A stretch of 64,000 nucleotides of DNA from Lysobacterales bacterium (GTDB lineage: Bacteria; Pseudomonadota; Gammaproteobacteria; Xanthomonadales; SZUA-5), in the NCBI GenBank assembly GCA_019187485.1, contig JABAQR010000001.1:40359-104358 (forward strand). Reading direction: 5' to 3'. This document shows, one piece after another, positions 1 to 7,649 of this stretch. The notes under the pieces were generated by a model. The model searched no databases. It was not told where the DNA came from and saw nothing but the letters and a program-made list of their open reading frames with translations. The first letter of the stretch is position 1; the number at the start of each line of letters is the position of its first letter. A program made the translations under genes and the position numbers.

Positions 1-720
1 CGTCTGCAGCCCGGCGAACTGCTTGGATAACTGCGGGATGGGCGCCTGCAGGTGCTGCATGCACACGGCGATCGGCGAATCGCCCTGGAAGGGCTGGCGA
101 CCGGTCAGCAGCTCGTAGAGCATGCAGCCCAGCGAATAGACGTCCGAGCGCCCGTCGATCGGCTGGCCGCTGATCTGCTCCGGACTCATGTAGTGCGGCG
201 TGCCGAGGATGTTGTCGCCGGTGATCTCGGTGCGGTCCGGCGAGAGGTCGCGGGCGATGCCGAAGTCGGTCAGTACCGGCACCGTCCCGCGCATCATCAC
301 GTTGGCGGGTTTCAGGTCGCGGTGGACGATCCCGAGCGCGTGCGCAGCCGACAGCGCCGCCGCCAGCTGCACGATCACCGAGACCGCGTCGGCGGCGGTC
401 ATGCCGCGCCGCAGGCGCTCGCCGAGGGTGCCGCCCTCGATGTACTCCATCGCGATGTAGGCCACCTGGCCGACCTTGGCGATGTCGTAGATGCCGCAGA
501 CGTTCTTGTGCGCCAGGCGCGCGAGCATGCGGCCTTCGCGAAGGAAGCGTTTCTCGCTGCGCTCGGGATCGTGCGCGTGGTCGGCAACGCGCATGATCTT
601 GATCGCGACCTTGCGGTCCAGCGAGGTCTGCTTCGCGAGATACACGGTCGCCATGCCGCCGACGCCCAGCTCGTCGAGCAGCTCGTATCCGGGGATCTGC
701 GGGGCGGAGGGATCGATCAT
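1..720 (-). CDS. Hanks-type Ser/Thr protein kinase, N-terminal catalytic part; the gene runs off the window start
   Basis: My own minus-strand translation from the ATG (rc of cat at 718-720) gives MIDPSAPQIPGYELLDELGVGGMATVYLAKQ..RKVAIKIM..IVHRDLKPANVMM..LTDFGIARD..GTPHYMSPEQ, which covers kinase subdomains I-VIII. It is absent from the track because it is open at the window edge. Track ORF 52..1023(+) is its antisense shadow. Confidence 0.85.
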   Translation of the reverse strand, partial: MIDPSAPQIPGYELLDELGVGGMATVYLAKQTSLDRKVAIKIMRVADHAHDPERSEKRFLREGRMLARLAHKNVCGIYDIAKVGQVAYIAMEYIEGGTLGERLRRGMTAADAVSVIVQLAAALSAAHALGIVHRDLKPANVMMRGTVPVLTDFGIARDLSPDRTEITGDNILGTPHYMSPEQISGQPIDGRSDVYSLGCMLYELLTGRQPFQGDSPIAVCMQHLQAPIPQLSKQFAGLQT

Positions 721-1019
721 CGGACGGTCGGCCTGGGACTCGGCGATGGTAGCCAGCGGGCGCGACTTGCGGAAGCCGGGCGCGCAGCCGCTTCCGGATT
801 CCACCCAATCGCAGGCGTTCCGGGTTGGCTGCCGGCAACCGGCGTCCGTTGCGGCGGGGAAGGACCGCTCCGGTTGTGGGTGCCGTGCCGTACGCCATCC
901 AGGCTGCCGCCGGAACCGAGCGGAGAGGGCCGTCGACCATGCAGAGCTTTCCCCGGTGGACGCATCCGAGCCCCGGAATTTCACCGAACTCCGGGCGTCT
1001 ACGTGTTTAATGGTCGACG

Positions 1020-2342
1020 ATGAGTGACCGTCCCGACCGCCATTTCGCCCGTCTGCGTCGCCTGCCGGGCTGGGCGACCTGGACCGTATCGTTCGCGCTG
1101 GTGATCGCCTTGGCGACCCGCGGCCTGGGCGGCTGGCAGACCTTCGCGGCCTGTTTCGCGCTCGGCCTCGGTGCGGCGCTGGTCGCGATCCGGCGCGAGC
1201 GCGCGCCGACCGCGCAGCATCTGCGCGCGCTGTCGACCCTGGTCGCGGCCTGGTCCGACGCCGACTTCGCGACCTCGATCCGCGAGCCCGGCGATCCCGA
1301 CCTGCTGGAACTGACGCGCACGCTGAATGCACTCGGCGGGCAGTTGCGCGACGAGCGTGCGCGCCTGGTGCAGCGCGAGCTGCTGCTCGACACCGTGGTC
1401 CAGAACACCCCGACCGCACTGCTGCTGACCGATCCGCGCGAGCGTGTGGTCTACGGAAACCTCGCCGCCCGCGAACTGTTCGGCGTGCCCGGCAAGCTGG
1501 AAGGTTTCGCCTTCGAGGACCTGGTCGGGCGCCTGCCGGAAGCGCTCGCCGAACCGCTGCGCGCCGGCCAGGACGGCCTGGTCACGCTGAGCGTCGAGGG
1601 CGAGGAGGACGTGTTCCACCTGACCCGGCGCAGCTTCGAACTGCACGGCCGCCGCCACCAGTTGACGATGCTGCGGCGACTGACGCGCGAACTGGCACGC
1701 CAGGAGGTGGCGACCTGGAAGAAGGTGATCCGGGTGATCAGCCACGAGCTCAACAATGCGTTGGGACCGATCGCTTCGATGGCGCACACCGGGCGGGTCT
1801 ACGCCGAACGCGGCGACAAGGACAAGCTGCGGAAGATCTTCGCCACCATCGACGAGCGCGCGCGCCACCTGGAGGCCTTCATCGGCGGCTATGCGCGCTT
1901 CGCCAAACTGCCGGCGCCGCGGCTGCTGCCGGTGCCCTGGGAGGCGCTGCTCGACAGCGTCACCCAGGCGCAGGCGGTGCGCGTGCTGCACCCGCTGCCC
2001 GAGGCGCACGCGCACGTCGATCGCGCCCAGGTCGAACAGGCGCTGATCAACCTGGTCAAGAACGCGGTCGAGGCCGGCTCGCCGCCGGAGCAGGTCGAGA
2101 TCGCCGTGCAGGACGCCGGTCCGATGTTCCTGCTGCAGGTGCGCGACCGCGGCAGTGGCATGAGCGAGACCGTGCTCGAGCAGGCCTTGCTGCCCTTCTA
2201 TTCGACCAAGCGTGCCGGCACCGGCCTTGGTCTTGCGCTCGCGCGCGAGATCGCCGAAGCGCACGGCGGCCGCATTCGTCTCGCCAACCGCCCCGACGGC
2301 GGCCTCGCCGTCAGTCTCTGGCTGCCGAAACCACAGCGCTGA
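1020..2342 (+). CDS. Sensor histidine kinase: two N-terminal TM helices, HAMP/PAS-like linker, HisKA and HATPase_c domains
   Basis: The track ORF has an H-box (VISHELNNALGPI), an N-box (LINLVKNAVEA) and G-boxes (DRGSGM, GTGLGLALAREIAEAHGG). It is probably the partner of the NtrC-type regulator at 4244..5596. Confidence 0.9.
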   Translation: MSDRPDRHFARLRRLPGWATWTVSFALVIALATRGLGGWQTFAACFALGLGAALVAIRRERAPTAQHLRALSTLVAAWSDADFATSIREPGDPDLLELTRTLNALGGQLRDERARLVQRELLLDTVVQNTPTALLLTDPRERVVYGNLAARELFGVPGKLEGFAFEDLVGRLPEALAEPLRAGQDGLVTLSVEGEEDVFHLTRRSFELHGRRHQLTMLRRLTRELARQEVATWKKVIRVISHELNNALGPIASMAHTGRVYAERGDKDKLRKIFATIDERARHLEAFIGGYARFAKLPAPRLLPVPWEALLDSVTQAQAVRVLHPLPEAHAHVDRAQVEQALINLVKNAVEAGSPPEQVEIAVQDAGPMFLLQVRDRGSGMSETVLEQALLPFYSTKRAGTGLGLALAREIAEAHGGRIRLANRPDGGLAVSLWLPKPQR

Positions 2343-2449
2343 CCGGGGCGGGAAAAGGGAAACAGGAAGGCCAGCAGCAATGAGCCGACGGCCGCAGCCG
2401 CGCTGCTCGCCCTACGCACATGGTTCTTTTCCCCTGCTGCAATGCAGAT

Positions 2450-3304
2450 TCACCCGACGGCGGCCACCAACGCATCCACGAAACGCGCCGCACTGCCCGG
2501 GGCATGGTCGAAGAACAGTGAGGGTTCGGCGAGTTCGAGTTCGAGCAATACCGGACGGCCGTCGCCATCGCGCAGGAGATCGACGCGCGCGTACAGCGGT
2601 GGCTGTGCGAAAGGCAGCGCAGCCAGCACCTGGCGCGCGAGTGCGAGTTCGTCGGTGCCGGGTTCGCGTGCGACGATCTGCTCGGGGGCGAACAGTTTTT
2701 CGGTGGCGCCGGCGTTCGGCGGCAGCAGTGGGCCCTTGCGGATCGCGTGCGAATAGCGCCCGCCGAAGTGCATCAGCGCGGTCTCGCCCACCGCGTCCAC
2801 GCGTGCGAGATAGGGCTGCACGAGCACGTCGCGACCGGCACCGAGCAGCGCCTGAGCGTGCGCCCGCGCACCCGCTGGGTCGTTGCGGAATCGGCGGGCG
2901 TCGCGCGAACCGGCGCCGACCGCCGGTTTGACCACCAGTTCCGGCAGCGCCGGCAGTGCGACCGTTGCACCCGGGCGCAGCAGGGTGGTCGGTACCACTG
3001 GCACGCCGCGCCCGACCAGTTCCAGCAAATAGCCCTTGTGCAGGTTCCAGCGCAGCACCGAGGGCGGATTCAGCACATCCGTATGGGTTTCGACGCGCGC
3101 CAGCCAGGCGCAGAACTCCTCGAAACGGTCCACATAGTCCCAGGGCGAACGCAGCAGCGCGCAGCGGAAGCGCGACCAGTCCGCCTCCGGATCGTCCCAG
3201 TCGACGATTTCGTGGGGGATGGCGCGCCTGCGCAGTTCCGCACACAGCGGTGGCAGGTCTTCGTCCAGAGCGCGCGCGGCGCGGGCGGTGATCAAGGCGA
3301 TCAA
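2450..3304 (-). CDS. ATP-grasp domain protein (RimK/glutathione-synthetase-like fold), substrate unknown
   Basis: The track ORF is 2450..3370. The body (LHKGYLLELVGRGVPVVPT..VVKPAVGAGSRD..VLVQPYL..ETALMHFGG..YARVDLLRDGDGRPVLLELELAEPSL) has an ATP-grasp layout. I chose the TTG at 3304 (M-IALITARAA) as the start, so the start is uncertain. Confidence 0.7.
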   Translation of the reverse strand: MIALITARAARALDEDLPPLCAELRRRAIPHEIVDWDDPEADWSRFRCALLRSPWDYVDRFEEFCAWLARVETHTDVLNPPSVLRWNLHKGYLLELVGRGVPVVPTTLLRPGATVALPALPELVVKPAVGAGSRDARRFRNDPAGARAHAQALLGAGRDVLVQPYLARVDAVGETALMHFGGRYSHAIRKGPLLPPNAGATEKLFAPEQIVAREPGTDELALARQVLAALPFAQPPLYARVDLLRDGDGRPVLLELELAEPSLFFDHAPGSAARFVDALVAAVG

Positions 3305-3429
3305 GGCGGTTCCTGCTGCTTGGCTTCCGGGTGGTCGACGGCGACCGGCGCTTTTTCCTGCGCGCCGCAACCATCGATCGACAACCGGATTATGCTTGGC
3401 CCCACTGAACGGCCCCGTGGGAGCGCGAC

Positions 3430-4104
3430 GTGAGCGATTTGATCCGGCTCTACAGCTACTGGCGTTCGAGTGCGGCCTTCCGGGTGCGCATCGCCCTGAA
3501 TCTGAAGGGCCTCAAGTACGATTATGTCGCGGTGAACCTGGTCGAAGGCGGCGGCCAGCAGAGACAGCCGGCCTTTCACAAGCTCAATCCGCAAGAACTG
3601 GTGCCGGTGCTGATCGATGGCGAACGCGTGGTGCGCCAGTCGATGGCGATCATGGAGTATCTGGCCGAGGTCTACCACGGCGCCGGCTACGCGCTGATGC
3701 CATCGAACGCGCGCGAACGTGCGCGCGTTCGCTCGATTTCACAGCTGGTGGCCTGCGACATCCACCCGCTCAACAACACGCGCGTGCTCGGTTACCTCGG
3801 CGAGCAGTTCGGGGCCAGCCAGGCGCAGAAGGAGATCTGGGTGCGGCAATGGATCGGCAACGGCTTCGTGGCGCTCGAGGAACTGCTGGCGACCAATCCA
3901 TCGACCGGCGAGTTCTGCGAGGGCGACGAACCGACCATGGCCGATTGCTGCCTGGTCCCGCAGGTCTACAACGCGCGCCGTTTCGGTCTCGACATGAACC
4001 CGTTCCCAACCATCGGCCGCATCCACCAGCGCTGTCTGTCGATGAGTCAGTTCGGCGAAGCACTGCCTGAAAATCAACCGGATGCGCCTGGGAGAGGGCG
4101 GTGA
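3430..4104 (+). CDS. maiA: Maleylacetoacetate isomerase (zeta-class glutathione S-transferase)
   Basis: GTG start. The N-terminus LYSYWRSSAAFRVRIALNLKGL..NPQELVPVLIDGE..QSMAIMEYL is typical of the GST-zeta/MaiA family. Confidence 0.85.
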   Translation: MSDLIRLYSYWRSSAAFRVRIALNLKGLKYDYVAVNLVEGGGQQRQPAFHKLNPQELVPVLIDGERVVRQSMAIMEYLAEVYHGAGYALMPSNARERARVRSISQLVACDIHPLNNTRVLGYLGEQFGASQAQKEIWVRQWIGNGFVALEELLATNPSTGEFCEGDEPTMADCCLVPQVYNARRFGLDMNPFPTIGRIHQRCLSMSQFGEALPENQPDAPGRGR

Positions 4105-4243
4105 TTGTCCGGTAGCGACTCCGCGAGATTGCGGCTCCGTCTCGACCGTCGGGTGAAGTGGTCGTCGTGGCCGTTGAGCGGGCGCTTCAAGTCCGTGGCC
4201 GCGCTGCGCGCCTGGCACGCGCTTTCGCGTCGGGGTGTTGCCT

Positions 4244-5596
4244 CTACTCGCGTCGCACTCCGATTGCGTATTTCTCCATGCGCCGGTACAGCGCCTGGCG
4301 CGAGAGGCCGAGGGAAAGGGCGGCTTCGGCGACGACGCCGCCGGCGCGCGCGAGGGCGGCTTCGATCTCGTCGCGGCTGGGCTCGCGCAGTGCGTTGTCG
4401 GCGGCGGCAGCGGTGGCCGGGGCCGCGGGCAGGCCGAGGTCGTCGGCCTGGACCACGCCGTCGCGGCACAGCAGGCTGGCGCGCGTGAGCGCGTTCTTCA
4501 GCTCGCGCACATTGCCCGGCCAGGCGTGTGCCTCCAGCGCGCGACGCGCACCGTCGGACAGGCGTGCCTGTCCGGCCAGGAAGTGCTCGGCCAGCGGCAC
4601 GATGTCCTCGCGGCGCTCGGCGAGAGGCGGCAGGCGCACTTCGATCACGTTGAGGCGGTAGTACAGGTCCTCGCGGAAATCGCCGCGGCGGATCATCGCC
4701 GCCAGGTCCGCATTGGTGGCCGAGAGCACGCGCACCTTGACCTCGCGGGTACGATTGCTGCCCAGGCGCTCGAAGCGCCCGGTCTCGAGCACGCGCAGCA
4801 GCTTCATCTGCCCGGCCGGCGAGAGATTGCCGATCTCGTCGAGGAACAGGGTGCCGCCATCAGCCGCCTCGAAGCGCCCTTCGCGCGCCTTGCCGGCACC
4901 GGTGTAGGCTCCGGCCTCGGCGCCGAACAGTTCGGCCTCCAGCAAGTCGGCCGGCAGCGCGCCGCAGTTGACCGCAACAAAGGGGCCGTCCTTGACCCGC
5001 GAATTGGCGTGGATGATCTCGGCGATGCGCTCCTTGCCGGCGCCGTTCGGGCCGGTGATCAGCACCGGCACATCCGCCCTGGCCACCTGGCAGGCGAGGC
5101 GCAGCACGCGTTCCATCGCCGGCGCGGCGTACACCATGCCGCGCAGATCGTACTCGCGCGCCAGCGAGCGCCGGCCCTCGGATTCGCGCGCCACCAGCTT
5201 GCGCGCCTGGCGGTTGCTCTCGGCCAGCTCCAGCAGGTTGCGTACGGTGGTCAGCAGGCGCGCGTCGTCCCACGGCTTGGACAGATAATCGGCCGCGCCG
5301 GCCTTGACCAGGCCCACCGCCTGTTCGAGATGCGTCCACGCGGTCAGCAGGATCACCGGCAGGTCCGGATGGCGCTCGCGGATCTGCCGGAACAGCACCA
5401 CGCCTTCCTCGCCGCTGGTGGTGTCGGCCGAGAAGTTCATGTCCTGGATCACCAGGTCGACGGGTTCGCGCGCGAGGATGTCTAGCCCCACGCGCGGACT
5501 CTGCGCCGTGCTGACCGTGTGCCCGTCGAGGCCCAGCAGCAGTTCCAGCGCGGTGCCGATGGCGGGGTTGTCGTCGATGATGAGGATGGCGGGCAT
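4244..5596 (-). CDS. Sigma-54-dependent response regulator (NtrC/Fis family): REC, AAA+ and HTH domains
   Basis: REC domain (ILIIDDNP..DLVIQDMNF), AAA+ Walker A (GPNGAGKE), GAFTGA-like loop (GAEAGAYTGA), Walker B (LFLDEIG) and a C-terminal Fis-type HTH. Confidence 0.92.
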   Translation of the reverse strand: MPAILIIDDNPAIGTALELLLGLDGHTVSTAQSPRVGLDILAREPVDLVIQDMNFSADTTSGEEGVVLFRQIRERHPDLPVILLTAWTHLEQAVGLVKAGAADYLSKPWDDARLLTTVRNLLELAESNRQARKLVARESEGRRSLAREYDLRGMVYAAPAMERVLRLACQVARADVPVLITGPNGAGKERIAEIIHANSRVKDGPFVAVNCGALPADLLEAELFGAEAGAYTGAGKAREGRFEAADGGTLFLDEIGNLSPAGQMKLLRVLETGRFERLGSNRTREVKVRVLSATNADLAAMIRRGDFREDLYYRLNVIEVRLPPLAERREDIVPLAEHFLAGQARLSDGARRALEAHAWPGNVRELKNALTRASLLCRDGVVQADDLGLPAAPATAAAADNALREPSRDEIEAALARAGGVVAEAALSLGLSRQALYRRMEKYAIGVRRE

Positions 5597-5652
5597 GTAT
5601 CAGTCGTGAGTAGAAGTTCGGTAGGGCGCCATCAGCAACTAGCAATTGGCAA

Positions 5653-6033
5653 CTAGCGATTAGGGCGAGTTTCCTGGAGGGCTGAATTGCGGTCCAGCGA
5701 CTTTCGAAGCGATTGCAGCATCCGGCCCAGCTCGCTTGCCGAGCGCAGTACTGGATCAATGGGTTCGCGCGTCAGCTCCAGTCTCCCAGCGAGCAGGCAT
5801 TGTGTCTCCAGTTCGGCGAGAGAGCCCATTGCGATGGCGAGGAAGCGCGCGAACTCCCGGGTGAACAACCGAGATCGGCCTTCCGCGATGCACGACGGGA
5901 CGGAAACGGCGGAACGGCGTATCTGTTGCGCCAATCCATAGCGCTCTGTGTCTGGCAAGGACTGCGCAATTCGATAGGCCGCCGTCGCCAGATTCATGGC
6001 GCGTTTCCAAACGTCGAGGTCGCGATAGCTCAT
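5653..6033 (-). CDS. Four-helix-bundle protein, 23S rRNA intervening-sequence protein family (PF05635/TIGR02436; Avd-like fold)
   Basis: Start chosen at MSYRDLDVWKRAMNLA. Family hallmarks are present: YGLAQQIRRSAVSVPSCIAEG and FLAIAMGSLAELETQ. The last codons and the TAG stop (CCT AAT CGC TAG) are supplied by the left hairpin arm. Confidence 0.8.
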   Translation of the reverse strand: MSYRDLDVWKRAMNLATAAYRIAQSLPDTERYGLAQQIRRSAVSVPSCIAEGRSRLFTREFARFLAIAMGSLAELETQCLLAGRLELTREPIDPVLRSASELGRMLQSLRKSLDRNSALQETRPNR

Positions 6034-6150
6034 TGGTACGCGATGGATGATTAGGTTGCGTCGATCAGGGTGCCCCGACAAATTACTTGGCGAACCTCGC
6101 AGGCATTGAATACTCCCGTTGCCACAAACTCTCCTCAGCGCACCCTAATC

Positions 6151-6234
6151 GCTAGTCGCTAGTCGCTAGTTGCTAGTCGCTAGTCGCTAGTCGCTAGTCG
6201 CTAGTTGCTAGTTGCTAGTTGCTAGTTGCTATCT
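6151..6234. repeat. Tandem heptamer array: GCTAGTC/GCTAGTT x11 plus one degenerate unit (GCTATCT)
   Basis: Counted directly, with units starting at 6151, 6158, ... 6221, 6228. The array ends 7 nt before the stop codon (6242-6244) of the permease gene. CTAG is palindromic and the period is 7, so TAG appears in all three frames on both strands. Confidence 0.95.
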
Positions 6235-6241
6235 GCTGCTC

Positions 6242-7459
6242 TCAAGCCGAACGCGTCGCGATCGCCGGCGCGATGCGCGAGGCGCGCAGCGCGGGGCCGA
6301 GGACGGCGAGCTGGCCGAGGATCAGCACCAGCGCGCCGCCGATCGGCAGCCAGGACAGCGGCAACTGGTCGAAGCCGAAGTTCTGCACCAACCAGCCGTT
6401 GACGCCGATCGCGAGCGCCGAGCCGATGGTGATGCCGATCAGCGCGATCAGCGCGTTCTCGGTCTGGAAGTAGCGCAGGACGTCCTTGCGCCGGGCGCCG
6501 AGCGCGCGGCGGGTGCCGATCTGCTTGGTCCGTTGGGTGACCCAGAAGCTGGCCTGGCCAACGATGCCGAAGGCGGTCACAGCCAGCAAAGAGATGCCGA
6601 TCACCGCCAGCAGCACGGCCATCGCCAGATCGCTCTGGAAGGCGCTGCTGCGGATCTCCTCGAAGGCGCGGATGTTGCTGACGATGCGGTTGGGATTGAC
6701 CTTGAACAGGGTTTCCTCGACCACCTTCATCACGCGGTCGCGCTCGCCGGGCTCGGTACGCACGATGAAGCCACCGAGGCCGACGGAGGCGTGCGGCACG
6801 AACACCACGCGGTCCGGGTTGCGTGAGCGCGGCCACGGCGTGGCGATGTGCTCGGTCACGCCGATCACGCGCTGCGACGGCTCGCCCTGGTTGCCGGTGA
6901 TGTTGATCATCTTGCCGATCGCGCTTTCGCCGGGGAACAGGCGCTCGGCAAGGCCCTTGTTGATCAGCACCACCGGCGGGTTGGGCTGGTCGCCCTGCTT
7001 GAACGGGGTGATCTCGCCGGGCGTGAAGTAGCGACCCTCGATGACCTTGGCGCCCAGCGAATCCAGCAGGCGCTCATCGGCGAAATACAACGCCGCGGCG
7101 CGTTCCGGGCCTTCGATGCGTTCGCCCGGCGTCAGCGTCACCGCGGTCTGCCAGCCGTCGCGCACCAGCGGGAAGCTGAAGCCGGGGCTTGCGGCCAACA
7201 CGCCCGGGATCGCGAGGATGGCCTTGATGTCCTCCTCGTTGGCGATCACCGGATCGCGCGTGTTGCCGATGTTCTGGTTGCCGAGCACGAAGACGTTGGG
7301 CTCGTCGACACCACTGGCGATGGCCATCGTGCGGATGCGCTCGGTGACGATGAAGAGCACATTGGCAAGGATCGCCAAGGTCAGCGCAATCTGCGCGGCG
7401 ATCAACACCGCGGCCACCGGATTGCGTTTCATCGAGGAGAGGATGGGGCGGATTTCCAT
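6242..7459 (-). CDS. ABC transporter permease, MacB/FtsX-like (N-terminal TM, periplasmic domain, C-terminal FtsX 3-TM)
   Basis: The track ORF 6242..7681 was trimmed to MEIRPILSSMKRNPVAAVLIAAQIAL, with a GGAG 9-12 nt upstream on the minus strand. The upstream extension reads through hairpin B and looks non-coding. Confidence 0.88.
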   Translation of the reverse strand: MEIRPILSSMKRNPVAAVLIAAQIALTLAILANVLFIVTERIRTMAIASGVDEPNVFVLGNQNIGNTRDPVIANEEDIKAILAIPGVLAASPGFSFPLVRDGWQTAVTLTPGERIEGPERAAALYFADERLLDSLGAKVIEGRYFTPGEITPFKQGDQPNPPVVLINKGLAERLFPGESAIGKMINITGNQGEPSQRVIGVTEHIATPWPRSRNPDRVVFVPHASVGLGGFIVRTEPGERDRVMKVVEETLFKVNPNRIVSNIRAFEEIRSSAFQSDLAMAVLLAVIGISLLAVTAFGIVGQASFWVTQRTKQIGTRRALGARRKDVLRYFQTENALIALIGITIGSALAIGVNGWLVQNFGFDQLPLSWLPIGGALVLILGQLAVLGPALRASRIAPAIATRSA

Positions 7460-7481
7460 TTTGGGACTCCGGGGAAGCGAG

Positions 7482-7628
7482 AGCGGGGCAAGGGGCAGGG
7501 GTCGGGCATCAGGGCAGGGACGGACGTCGAGGTGGCTCGGGAGGGATGCAACCGCGCCATCTCCAGCCCGCGACAGCATTCGTCCGAGCCGCAGGGCAGG
7601 TCCCCTGCCCCTTGACCCTTGCCCCGCT
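7482..7628. repeat. Hairpin element 'B': AGCGGGG(CAAGGGG)n arms with a ~100-nt loop
   Basis: Left arm 7482-7501 is AGCGGGGCAAGGGGCAGGGG. The reverse complement of right arm 7602-7628 is AGCGGGGCAAGG-GTCAAGG-GGCAGGGG. The two are identical except for one extra heptad. Confidence 0.9.
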
Positions 7629-7649
7629 TTGATGGACATCGCACATGGC

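Larger units (their letters stand above)
5634..6234. other. Composite hairpin element 'A': GCTAGTY-heptamer inverted arms enclosing a four-helix-bundle gene
   Basis: The reverse complement of the left arm 5634-5665 is CCCTAATC GCTAGTT GCCAATT GCTAGTT GCT. It matches the start of the right arm at 6143-6171 (CCCTAATC GCTAGTC GCTAGTC GCTAGTT). The interior is visibly less GC-rich than the flanks. Confidence 0.85.

Noticed and set aside
52-1023. The long plus-strand track ORF of 323 aa. Comparable long ORFs lie at 999..2264(-), 13322..16423(-), 26936..29710(-), 32970..35267(+), 37430..39313(-), 44399..46291(-), 48587..50806(-), 51879..54116(+) and 61527..62936(+).
   Set aside because: These are antisense or off-frame shadows typical of ~70% GC DNA. 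Their translations are Arg/Ala/Gly/Pro-rich with no motifs, while the opposite strand or frame carries clear family signatures (kinase, BNR, GGDEF, S8, ABC, GshA, Dcp HExxH, AmpG).
2345-2440. A purine-rich tract (GGGGCGGGAAAAGGGAAACAGGAAGG) facing a pyrimidine-rich tract (TTCTTTTCCCCTGCTGC) between convergent genes, considered as a possible F-like element
   Set aside because: Only about 8-9 bp (GGGAAAAG/CTTTTCCC) pair in register. It may be a degenerate relative or an ordinary terminator, and there is not enough to call.
4212-4227. A second sigma-54-like motif, TGGCACGCGCTTTCGC, on the plus strand
   Set aside because: The -12 GC is displaced by one position (TTCGC instead of TTGC). The motif points into the 3' end of a convergent gene with no downstream ORF, so it is probably a chance match.
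5653-6033. Whether the Avd-like four-helix-bundle gene marks a diversity-generating retroelement
   Set aside because: I can find no reverse transcriptase ORF and no template/variable repeat pair anywhere in the window. The gene is more like the standalone IVS-type members of the family.
6151-6234. Whether the tandem array is a CRISPR array
   Set aside because: The period is only 7 nt with no spacers, and no cas genes are present. It is a microsatellite-like heptamer array that forms one arm of an inverted repeat.
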